A model generated the notes under the pieces. It searched no databases, was not told where the DNA came from, and was given only the letters and a program-made list of their open reading frames with translations. A DNA stretch of 64,000 nucleotides, from contig JBDRJK010000021.1 in NCBI GenBank assembly GCA_043814985.1, positions 1 through 64,000 on the forward strand, in the 5' to 3' direction. Within the stretch, counting starts at the first letter, position 1, and each line of letters begins with the position of its first letter. Origin of the DNA: Candidatus Aenigmatarchaeota archaeon (GTDB taxonomy: Archaea; Aenigmatarchaeota; Aenigmatarchaeia; Aenigmatarchaeales; Aenigmatarchaeaceae). Below, piece by piece: positions 18,827 to 27,545 of this stretch. Made by a program: the position numbers and the translations under genes.

Positions 18827-21385
18827 TTACCCACCTTCCAACTCTTCCTTGACGTTTGCTGCTCCCTCAAGAGGAACTTGAGTGGCGCCCTGTACCAGCT
18901 CGTTCCAGGTCAATGGCTTCCACGGTTCTAGAGGCCAGCTTATCATAGACTCTAAAACTGCTTGGAACAATGATGATGGGTCCACCCAATCAAATATCTT
19001 CCATATCTTACTGTTTATAGCTTTTTTGAACACACCACTAGCCTTGTTGTGGACGCCGCCAACTATTAATTGTGCAATATCAGTAGCATCAGATGCGAGC
19101 CAGGCTCCAGCATATGCATTTACCAGGTCAGTGTCTGCATAGCAATAGTTTGAGGCAGTGTCGTTCAGGTCAAACCTTTCTATGTCGACGAATATTGTCC
19201 ACTCGCCCTCGTATCTAGTTTTCCACACCTTGGCCTCTGCAAAGCACGGTCCAACAGCATAAAACCTTGGATGCTCTGGCACAGCCATTAGAAGTGCTGA
19301 ATAACCTGCAAATTGGGACCATGCTGTTACTGGTCTCCAAACTCTTATGAAGTAGTCTTTGGCACTTTCCTTCAAGTAAAAGGGATATTCGTCTAAAGAT
19401 CCATGGGAGAAGACGCAGAGAGAATTTCCCAGACAACCTTCATAATCGCTCAGGAATAGCCCCAAAGCTATTGAGTTGGTTGGTGTTATCAGGTTCCTTG
19501 CCTTGTACCAGACTGGTCTTGTACGTTTTACATATTTCTTCAGTGTCTCATCCCATTTGTTATACCAAGGTCTGCTGTCCTGCTTGAAAAGACTAATTAC
19601 TACCCCATCATCTACATCAGCCCAAGGTTCCAAACCTTTAGCATTAGCCCAGTCCTTGATATACCTCTCGAACCAGACTTGGGGCATTTTTTGTCGAGTG
19701 CCTGCTGGACCATACAAATTCGATATATCATCGTAAATCTTCAAAATCTCGCTGTCAGAGATTGCCACGTCAAAATTGGGAAGACTGCGTAAATGATCTA
19801 CAATGCCTAGATTAGGACCTGTATTAGGACCTGTAGTAGCTCTAGGAATCCCATCTAGTATTCCATTTGCTATATCTTCGTAACTATTAACCCTCAAATG
19901 AGTGGGGAACATCATTATGCCAGCTTCTGTAGTTAAGGGGTTATAGAGATTGTCAAGTGCATCCAAGGGATCTGTAACACCCATTGCTTTTAATTTATCT
20001 GGTATTCCAGTAGAGTCTGTTAAGACACCATTAACCTTAACACCAACCTCATCCCAAGAATTCCTAAGCCCTGTCAATAAACCATTTCCTGCAGGATCCA
20101 GAATATCATCTGAGAATAAAACTGTCCTTTCAACATTGAATTTTGTTAGCACATCATCAATTAAGATACCGTCAGCGTATTTAGCCAATTCTTCATTAAT
20201 TGTCCGTCTTTTCAAAAAATCATTATAGTAATTTGTTTTTTTCAGGTCATCTAAAGTTGCTTGTATTGCCCCTGTTTCATCAAATGCCAATGTGCTTTCT
20301 AAAGATCTAGCTCGTCTCTGATCTACAGGATTAGGGCTTGTTTTCAACTCATCAATTTGATCCTGTAACACCTCTGCTGTGCTACTTGTTTCAAAAAGGT
20401 AGTCATTCTTATTTACACCTTCTGTAAGAGCTTCTCCTATTGTGTTGGTTTCATAATCGTATCTGAATGCTACTACCCCTGGACGACCTCCCTCACTGAT
20501 ACTTTCAGGAGGAAGTATGCCTCCTGGGCAATCATTGCATTTCAAAAACCCATAGGCAACATCCTCTTTCTCACCTCGTATTATCATTCTATTAGTTAGG
20601 GGCCTCCGTGTATTGTCTACCACAATTTGTCCATTAGATGTTATCATGAATTTATTACCTGATTTTTTCAATATCCCTATATCACTAAGGCCTTCTACTA
20701 TTTCATCAAACTGTTTTTCTGTCAGTTGGTTGGCAACTTTGATAGCTTCGCGTCCATCAACAGTTTTGAAACCGTTCAAGAAATTTTTAAAATCAACATC
20801 ATCAAGAAGTTTATTAGGTCTGAAGATTGAATCAAACAAGTTAAAATTAATCTCATCTATTTTGCCGGCTATCCTTCTGTAAGTATTAATTCTCTTTATA
20901 CCCTTCCAAATCTTAGGTCCCCATGACACGAGTTCAACTCCAGTAGATACTGCCTTTAGACCACCCCAGAATATCAGTGTGGAGCCTGCACCACCGCTCC
21001 AAGGATAGTTTTCTGTCCACAGTCCTTGCCAACCAAAGACCGTCCTTCCCGGGTCCGGGAACTTCTCGTAATATATCTTGTACTCAGGCTCACCACCAAA
21101 ATACCTAAGCATAGTTTCATAGTTGCCGTAATTTTGCTGGCACAGTCTTATAAAGGATTTTCTATAATATGCCACATTGTCATTGCTGGGAACCCCGTCC
21201 TCGTAGTTCCAAAATGGAAAGTCCTCCCTTGAAACATCATTTATGGCGTTCATCAAGTGGAATGCTGTTGTGTTTGCCAGGTCATCGCATTCCGGGGAGC
21301 CGAGTATGTGATTGAGTGCAAAAAGAACCACAATGAAAACAACTAGCATTAGAACAATAACAATTGGTATGTTTGTCGCTTTCAT
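18827..21385 (-). CDS. large pilin-like/adhesin-like protein
   Basis: MKA|TNIPIVIVLMLVVFIVVLF; 852 aa. Confidence 0.75.
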   Translation of the reverse strand: MKATNIPIVIVLMLVVFIVVLFALNHILGSPECDDLANTTAFHLMNAINDVSREDFPFWNYEDGVPSNDNVAYYRKSFIRLCQQNYGNYETMLRYFGGEPEYKIYYEKFPDPGRTVFGWQGLWTENYPWSGGAGSTLIFWGGLKAVSTGVELVSWGPKIWKGIKRINTYRRIAGKIDEINFNLFDSIFRPNKLLDDVDFKNFLNGFKTVDGREAIKVANQLTEKQFDEIVEGLSDIGILKKSGNKFMITSNGQIVVDNTRRPLTNRMIIRGEKEDVAYGFLKCNDCPGGILPPESISEGGRPGVVAFRYDYETNTIGEALTEGVNKNDYLFETSSTAEVLQDQIDELKTSPNPVDQRRARSLESTLAFDETGAIQATLDDLKKTNYYNDFLKRRTINEELAKYADGILIDDVLTKFNVERTVLFSDDILDPAGNGLLTGLRNSWDEVGVKVNGVLTDSTGIPDKLKAMGVTDPLDALDNLYNPLTTEAGIMMFPTHLRVNSYEDIANGILDGIPRATTGPNTGPNLGIVDHLRSLPNFDVAISDSEILKIYDDISNLYGPAGTRQKMPQVWFERYIKDWANAKGLEPWADVDDGVVISLFKQDSRPWYNKWDETLKKYVKRTRPVWYKARNLITPTNSIALGLFLSDYEGCLGNSLCVFSHGSLDEYPFYLKESAKDYFIRVWRPVTAWSQFAGYSALLMAVPEHPRFYAVGPCFAEAKVWKTRYEGEWTIFVDIERFDLNDTASNYCYADTDLVNAYAGAWLASDATDIAQLIVGGVHNKASGVFKKAINSKIWKIFDWVDPSSLFQAVLESMISWPLEPWKPLTWNELVQGATQVPLEGAANVKEELEGG

Positions 21386-21402
21386 TATATATCAACATTA
21401 AT

Positions 21403-21708
21403 TTACTGTTTGGGTGGGCAGGAGCAATAAACTTCCAAGTCTTTGACAGTTTGAATTTTTAAACGTTCGAAAGCCAATGTATACAAATCCCCTCCACTCG
21501 GGTCTTCTTCAATGCACTGTATATCTTGAATTACACTGATGCTTGTGGGACAGCCATATGCCCTGTATTTAATGCAGCAGTTTCTCATTTCATTCTGCAG
21601 ATTTAAATCTTCACCAAAAGGAAGTATGTTTCCTGTTACCAACAGCGCTCCTACAACTATAACAATTAAGAAAATTACAAGCAATACCAACTTATCTAAA
21701 GCCATCAT
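21403..21708 (-). CDS. small pilin-like Cys-rich protein
   Basis: N-terminal hydrophobic helix; CC..C..C and a terminal YCSC like the other pilins. Confidence 0.75.
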   Translation of the reverse strand: MMALDKLVLLVIFLIVIVVGALLVTGNILPFGEDLNLQNEMRNCCIKYRAYGCPTSISVIQDIQCIEEDPSGGDLYTLAFERLKIQTVKDLEVYCSCPPKQ

Positions 21709-22019
21709 ATTTTAGCCTTACAAAGGTTTCTACAATTATCTATGTCCCAATTTGACATGTCGTCGTCAGGGGGTTTCCCAAGGGCAGTTGCACAGTTCTC
21801 ATTCACAGGGTATATCTCATTGTTTGCTATAACGTTTTGACCTTTACCTTCTCTGTAGTCTCCAACTCCCCAGTAAATACAGAACTGCCTGAAGTCTATT
21901 TGATTGCCTGTGTCCTCCCCGAAGGAGAAAACAGGATTGACCACAATTATCGCTATTACTAGGAGAATAATGACTACAAATATCAAACCTAAAAGCACCT
22001 CTAATTCTAAGCCCTTCAT
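21705..22019 (-). CDS. type IV pilin-like protein
   Basis: MKG|LELEVLLGLIFVVIILL; terminal CRNLC. Confidence 0.8.
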   Translation of the reverse strand: MKGLELEVLLGLIFVVIILLVIAIIVVNPVFSFGEDTGNQIDFRQFCIYWGVGDYREGKGQNVIANNEIYPVNENCATALGKPPDDDMSNWDIDNCRNLCKAKI

Positions 22020-22023
22020 ATAA

Positions 22024-23295
22024 TCACGTTATACAATTAGTGCACCAAATGCTGATGGTTGTGTCATACTTGTCAACGCAAATTGGATATTCCACCGTTC
22101 CTGCAATTATATTAAACCAGTTTTTGACTGAAACTATGTACGTTCTCACTAGGGTCTCATGACCCAGTTTTCCATTGGCAGTAATTCCGCCACCAATCTT
22201 GATTGTAACAGGAACACGACCTTGACCTTGACACCATCTACCTTCTGTAATTTTTGATGAAAGGCAATCCTGTTCAGACAGACATGACTCATCATCAGTT
22301 ATGGTAGTACCTGAAAAAAGGTCTCTTAACTTTTGCATGGTAAAGGGACTTTGTGTTGGTTGTATGACTACAGTCGCACGATAGACTTCCCTGGCCTCTT
22401 CATACCAATGACCGATAATATCGGTCTTTCTGGTGTTACTTAATACATCAGCAATAAAATCAAACTTATCTTCAGGCCTATTTACTGGGATTTCCTCAAA
22501 ATGTAACTCGTACTGCAGATTGGTGGGATACCACACTGTACCGTAGATGTACTCTTTGCCGCTTTCTAATACCTTGTTATAAATCCATTCAATGTTGTCC
22601 CTACCTTGATCTCCACCATCACAAAAATCATCCCCAACATTGCTCCCACCGTCACAGTGTCTATCCCAATTTCCTATATTGTTCGCATTAGGGACAAAGC
22701 AAGCATTGTTGCCAAACTCAGTTAAAACGCCATCTATGGGGTCTGCAAATTCATCCGAACAAATGTACTTATCATCTAAAGTCCTGTCCTTCAAGTTGTA
22801 GTTTACGCAGATCTCGTCAAGGAGCGGTATGGCTGTCCCACCCTCTTGGCAGAAATTACATCCTTCAGTAAGGCTTCCTGTTCCTCCTGGATTATTCCTA
22901 CCCGCTTCAAGCTCGAATCTTTTAATGTCTATTAGGCATTTTGTGCCTAGGCAGTTTTTGCCGTTGCCAATATCCCTGGTTTCAGAAAAACCCTTGGATA
23001 TAAAATCATCTGAAATGGTATTTGCTATTTCACATGCAACCTCGGAAGGCTGTCTTGGTCCTGCATTTCCTGAATACCTATCAAAGTAATCATCAACATA
23101 CTCTAGCGGTCCCAAGGCATCCTCTTTCGAAATGTCGAACTCATTACCAACATCGTACCCCGGAACTGTTCTGCCAAGAATATCAATGAGCGACTCCTTT
23201 GTGACTATCTGGAAAAGGAAAATAGCAAAGGCTATTAACAGAACAAGGAAAAGGATTTTCGGAAGGTAATCAATCAACGTTCCCATTACGCCCAT
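22024..23295 (-). CDS. membrane-anchored Cys-rich protein, paralogue of the N-half of 23793-26756
   Basis: Shares QPSE.AC.IAN, CQEGGTAIPLLDE.CVN, FGNN.C.VPN and NWD.HC.GG with 23793-26756. Confidence 0.8.
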   Translation of the reverse strand: MGVMGTLIDYLPKILFLVLLIAFAIFLFQIVTKESLIDILGRTVPGYDVGNEFDISKEDALGPLEYVDDYFDRYSGNAGPRQPSEVACEIANTISDDFISKGFSETRDIGNGKNCLGTKCLIDIKRFELEAGRNNPGGTGSLTEGCNFCQEGGTAIPLLDEICVNYNLKDRTLDDKYICSDEFADPIDGVLTEFGNNACFVPNANNIGNWDRHCDGGSNVGDDFCDGGDQGRDNIEWIYNKVLESGKEYIYGTVWYPTNLQYELHFEEIPVNRPEDKFDFIADVLSNTRKTDIIGHWYEEAREVYRATVVIQPTQSPFTMQKLRDLFSGTTITDDESCLSEQDCLSSKITEGRWCQGQGRVPVTIKIGGGITANGKLGHETLVRTYIVSVKNWFNIIAGTVEYPICVDKYDTTISIWCTNCIT

Positions 23296-23359
23296 AAATC
23301 CTATTGGTTAGAACTATATATTAAATGTTTTGTTTTCTTCTGATTAAATTGTGATATTT

Positions 23360-23755
23360 CTATGAGCACTTGTTGTCAGACCCGCAACTGCCCATTATGC
23401 AGTCAGCATCTGTCATGCAGCCGCAGAACGGCTGAAAATCCCCAGGATATACTGTTATGCATCTTGTGCCGTCTTCTTGGTTTAGGCAATCTTCATGGGT
23501 CTTGCAAATCTCCATTTCCCTGTCATATTCACTGAAACGTTCGGGATCATAGCTGTAATCATTGTCAGCGTTCAAATCAGTGTGACACCCAGGGTCTTCC
23601 TTGTCAACCAACATGTCATTATCGTTGTCCCTTCCGTCACTGCATTCCGGAATTTTTTCTGACTGATTGCCCATCCAGCTTCCTACCAGCACGGCTAGAA
23701 ACACTATTAAAATAATGAAAGCCATTAAAACTATAATGTCATTGTCGCCTTTCAT
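23360..23755 (-). CDS. pilin-like protein with Ca-binding-like CSDGRDNDNDMLVDKEDPGC motif
   Basis: MKG|DNDIIVLMAFIILIVF; Cys-rich C-terminus. Confidence 0.75.
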   Translation of the reverse strand: MKGDNDIIVLMAFIILIVFLAVLVGSWMGNQSEKIPECSDGRDNDNDMLVDKEDPGCHTDLNADNDYSYDPERFSEYDREMEICKTHEDCLNQEDGTRCITVYPGDFQPFCGCMTDADCIMGSCGSDNKCS

Positions 23756-23792
23756 AAGAAAGATATTCTATTTTTAGAATATAAAATTAGGG

Positions 23793-26756
23793 CTAATATA
23801 GTTTATTGTCTGAAAGAATCACTTCCATGTCGCTGCTAACTCCAGCTATGATTTCTGGTATTGTGGCTGTTCCACGATTTTCATTGCACCATCCTACCAG
23901 TGGGAAGCAAACATACTTGTTAGAATCGGATGGTATGATTTCTAATTTTACAAGGTCGCCTTCTCTGACTTTTGATTCAATATATCCACCGTTAGGAATA
24001 AATTGACTACAATCACCATTTACACATATTCTTCCCGTTCCCCCTGTAAGTATTATCTTCCACTTGACCATGAAGGAAGCGTACATAATACCGCTCGCTC
24101 CTGCTTTTATGCCTGATATTGGGTAAGGGCCTGGTGTTCCAGGATAATCATAGCTGCATACTTCTTGTCCAGAACCGAAATTAACACATGCATAATTGCT
24201 TGACTCATCAGGTGTTGACACCAATGTTACAGTCTCGCCTGTTACAAATGGTACAGTAACAGGTCCTGTTTCGTGTGTGGCGCACTGTCCTTTTACACAT
24301 ATGCTTCCTTTGCCTGCTGAGACTCCAATCTCCCAGAAATTATAAGTGCATTCCTCAGTCTGGCCGCAGTTCACCTTCTTACATCCACTTACTCCACATC
24401 CCGTTCCACCGCAATTTGTTTCCCTATTAGCAAAATTACAAGCACTACAATCAGTCACTACTTTAGAAACACCAACCCAGAAAGGTCCACAATAACATTC
24501 AACATCACAAAGCACATGAGGAACATTACCTTCTTCATAACAAATACCCCCTCCTACACAATTACAACTACTGGTGCAGCAATCTTCACCTCCTGTATTT
24601 AGACCGCAATCTGTGCATAATCCGGTTGCACAAACTCTGCATATAGCAGTTGCTTGGTCACAATGCCATCCCGCTTTGCATACTGTACCTTCGCAGCCAT
24701 ACTTACAATTTTTAACACTGCTGTATGTGCATGGGCTGCCTGAACCTCCCTTATATTCTTTACCAATTTCACATTTGTCAGGACAGTCTCCTCCTCCGCC
24801 ACCAGAATCCATGGTTGCCATTCTCCATTCATCAAAATCACCATCCTTGTCAATGTCTATGCAGGCATAATAATTGTCCGTGCTAGAATAGCTTAGAGTT
24901 TTTGTAATAGCAAAGGGCTGAGGATTATATGGTTCACCTGCCCAGCAATAGAGACTGTCTTCCTTGGACTGTTGGCTGTCAATATTAAAAACTGCCAAGG
25001 GTGTCTTGAAACCAACATTTTTTCCATCACATTCTTGATCGAAGAAATATACATCATGATCGTAGCAATAGCGCAAATTCCCAATTGTAGCCCTAGCGCT
25101 ACTGCCCGTGTCTGTAACAGAGAGAGTCATTCCATCCGCATCGCAACAATTATTCGATCTCCCAGTCACATTTATGATTACAACATCCCTTAAGTATGAG
25201 ATGCCTCTCCAGCAAGGACTTCCTGGCCAGAAGCAGCTACCAATATGGAACGATATACCACTATCATATATACTAAACCAATTATTAACTACAACCCTGT
25301 AAACCCCTTCGCTTTTGAAATTTTCATTTGGTTCAACGTTTGATTTAACAACAATACTTTTTGGTGTCCTATCTTGACAGGTTACCTGCCAACAACTTCC
25401 CATAAAATGACTTTCTAGAAAAGCTTTTAAGGAGTCAGCTTCTACAAGTTCTGCGCCTTTAAAGGTTATCACACCTTGGTTCTTCAGGCAATCATCTATG
25501 CCTTCACAGCTATTGGAAAGAATACAGCGTGTAGAGTCTTCGTTTGGTGATAAGCCAATGCAATCTTCGTTGTCAAACGATAAATCATCAGTCACCTCTT
25601 CTATTTTCTTTTTCACCTCTATAAGTCCTGTTTGATCATCCCCTCTGAATATGAAATCCATAACGCTTCTGGCCTGTCTAGTGTAAAAGCCTAGATAATT
25701 ATTCCTGACCTCCCAGTTGCTGTAACTTCCTTTATTACTCACTACATCTCCGATACGGTCTAGCATATCAGTAGTGGAATCAGCTAAATTAATGTGAGGT
25801 ATCCTTGCAAAATTAACATTGTATTTTTCCTTCTCAGGAATCCAAGTAACTCCGAAAACATAGTGGCGTTCATCATGGTCCAGAATACCTTTGGTGTCAA
25901 GATTTTCAATCTCATTCACTAGATATCTTGTGTCATACTCAGGTGTTATTTGAGGATCTACATCACAACCACTGCCTGCGCAGTCAGCCACCCACCATCT
26001 GTTCCAATCGTAAATAAGGTCTTGACCATTGTCGCAAAAAATAGGATTAGGCCAGTTACCATCATTGTCCCCGCCTTGGCAATGATTGTCCCAATTTGCC
26101 AGGGAACCAGCTTTATTTTTATTAGGAACGTAGCATACATTATTTCCAAACTTTATTTCAAAGCTATTATCTGTCATACGGGGAATAAAGCCGCCATTAC
26201 AGAAATTGCTGCTCTCAACTTTCCTGTCCTTCAATTGCATGTTCACACAGGTCTCGTCAAGGAGCGGTATTGCTGTTCCACCCTCCTGACAGAGATGACA
26301 AGGGCCAGAAACAACATCATTCAATACAGTTTCCCACACTCCACCATTAGCAATCATTTCATTTTGTGTAAATTCCTTAAGCGTGAATATCTTGCCCGAG
26401 CTTATTATGAGTTCATTTGCAAAGGATAGTATACGCTCTCCCCTAAGTGTTTCCCTGCCGTAAGTCTGATAGTCACTGTGTATTATGTTTGCTATGTGGC
26501 AGGCAATCTCAGAAGGCTGAAAGGGCTCCCAGGCCTCAAGAGGAAGCAGATGCGTTAGTATATCAGGTTCAAGTGGATCCTTGATTATGGGAGTTGTATA
26601 TGTTATGTCTCCCTCAGAACCCAGCTGTTTTATTGCGGCATCTCTCGCGCCTTCGGGGTCAAACCTGTAGAACTGTTGCCAGATTGATGTCCCAAGAAGG
26701 CTTACGATTAATGCGGTAACTATTAATAAAACGACCATGAGGGTGACATTAGTCAT
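23793..26756 (-). CDS. large membrane-anchored Cys-rich adhesin-like protein
   Basis: N-terminal TM helix, DIDKDGD motif, Cys-rich segment and two C-terminal beta-rich repeats (ICVKGQC / ICVNGDC). Confidence 0.75.
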   Translation of the reverse strand: MTNVTLMVVLLIVTALIVSLLGTSIWQQFYRFDPEGARDAAIKQLGSEGDITYTTPIIKDPLEPDILTHLLPLEAWEPFQPSEIACHIANIIHSDYQTYGRETLRGERILSFANELIISSGKIFTLKEFTQNEMIANGGVWETVLNDVVSGPCHLCQEGGTAIPLLDETCVNMQLKDRKVESSNFCNGGFIPRMTDNSFEIKFGNNVCYVPNKNKAGSLANWDNHCQGGDNDGNWPNPIFCDNGQDLIYDWNRWWVADCAGSGCDVDPQITPEYDTRYLVNEIENLDTKGILDHDERHYVFGVTWIPEKEKYNVNFARIPHINLADSTTDMLDRIGDVVSNKGSYSNWEVRNNYLGFYTRQARSVMDFIFRGDDQTGLIEVKKKIEEVTDDLSFDNEDCIGLSPNEDSTRCILSNSCEGIDDCLKNQGVITFKGAELVEADSLKAFLESHFMGSCWQVTCQDRTPKSIVVKSNVEPNENFKSEGVYRVVVNNWFSIYDSGISFHIGSCFWPGSPCWRGISYLRDVVIINVTGRSNNCCDADGMTLSVTDTGSSARATIGNLRYCYDHDVYFFDQECDGKNVGFKTPLAVFNIDSQQSKEDSLYCWAGEPYNPQPFAITKTLSYSSTDNYYACIDIDKDGDFDEWRMATMDSGGGGGDCPDKCEIGKEYKGGSGSPCTYSSVKNCKYGCEGTVCKAGWHCDQATAICRVCATGLCTDCGLNTGGEDCCTSSCNCVGGGICYEEGNVPHVLCDVECYCGPFWVGVSKVVTDCSACNFANRETNCGGTGCGVSGCKKVNCGQTEECTYNFWEIGVSAGKGSICVKGQCATHETGPVTVPFVTGETVTLVSTPDESSNYACVNFGSGQEVCSYDYPGTPGPYPISGIKAGASGIMYASFMVKWKIILTGGTGRICVNGDCSQFIPNGGYIESKVREGDLVKLEIIPSDSNKYVCFPLVGWCNENRGTATIPEIIAGVSSDMEVILSDNKLY

Positions 26757-26786
26757 AATTATTTTTAATGCGGTTTTGTATATAAA

Positions 26787-26990
26787 TCAAGCTGGTATAA
26801 TTGCGCATCCGTGGGTCAAGGCCTTGAATATGTTGCCGAATGGTATCCAGAACATGGCCCCGCACACTATCTTTCTTACAAAGGTCCCACCGAAGAATAT
26901 GGGATCTATTAAAAATACAAAAACAACCAGCCCTATGAGTACTATAACCATTACTACTATCACTGATGTTAAATGTTCTGTCATATCCAT
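26787..26990 (-). CDS. small membrane/pilin-like protein
   Basis: MDMTEHLTSVIVVMVIVLIGLVVF; within the operon. Confidence 0.6.
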   Translation of the reverse strand: MDMTEHLTSVIVVMVIVLIGLVVFVFLIDPIFFGGTFVRKIVCGAMFWIPFGNIFKALTHGCAIIPA

Positions 26991-26995
26991 ACAAA

Positions 26996-27235
26996 TCACA
27001 AAGGAACTAAATCACACGATTTATGCAACGCACCAACAAACAATTTTAAAGCAAAGTTTGCATTTTCTCCCCCGAAAAAATTCTCGAGCAGCGTGAAAGC
27101 AAAATTGCAACTCCACTTGCCAGGGCATATCCCCCCGAAAAAGTTGCAATACAGTATAGCGAACAACAAACTCAGGACTACTATAACTGCTATATTTTCT
27201 ACGATTATGTGGTACAACCACGATATGTCTGCCAT
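26996..27235 (-). CDS. small membrane protein
   Basis: Hydrophobic N-terminal helix; FFGG and Cys pattern resemble the neighbouring gene. Confidence 0.6.
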   Translation of the reverse strand: MADISWLYHIIVENIAVIVVLSLLFAILYCNFFGGICPGKWSCNFAFTLLENFFGGENANFALKLFVGALHKSCDLVPL

Positions 27236-27242
27236 TCAATCA

Positions 27243-27407
27243 CTATATGATGTTTCCGAAAAACGTGCTCATTATGTTTGCCAAAAATGCGAGCGGGCCC
27301 TCAGGAGGTCCGATTTTGAATCCCATGTAAAAACTTATTATAGCAAATAACATAATCAAGGCAAGTGCCAATAAAACTGCCTTTTTTATCAACTCTTTGG
27401 ATATCAT
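27243..27407 (-). CDS. small membrane protein not in the ORF track (54 aa)
   Basis: MISKELIKKAVLLALALIMLFAIISFYMGFKIGPPEGPLAFLANIMSTFFGNII; fills the operon gap with 4-7 nt spacers. Confidence 0.65.
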   Translation of the reverse strand: MISKELIKKAVLLALALIMLFAIISFYMGFKIGPPEGPLAFLANIMSTFFGNII

Positions 27408-27411
27408 CAAA

Positions 27412-27543
27412 TCACGGCTCTATAATGTTTGTTACATCCAGGTAACCGAATATAAGCTCGTTAGCGAACAAAACCATAAAAAGCACTATTATGACTGCTA
27501 CTATTATCCAAAAAAGCATCTCCTGAAGATCTAGTCCTTTCAT
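27412..27543 (-). CDS. tiny Flp-like pilin (43 aa)
   Basis: MKG|LDLQEMLFWIIVAVIIVLF; Glu at +5; starts 2 nt after the platform-gene stop. Confidence 0.75.
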   Translation of the reverse strand: MKGLDLQEMLFWIIVAVIIVLFMVLFANELIFGYLDVTNIIEP

Positions 27544-27545
27544 GC

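Noticed and set aside
26973..27350. Plus-strand ORF with a zinc-finger-like CQKC...H motif
   Set aside because: It is antisense to tightly packed minus-strand operon genes (26996-27235 and 27243-27407), which explain the region better.
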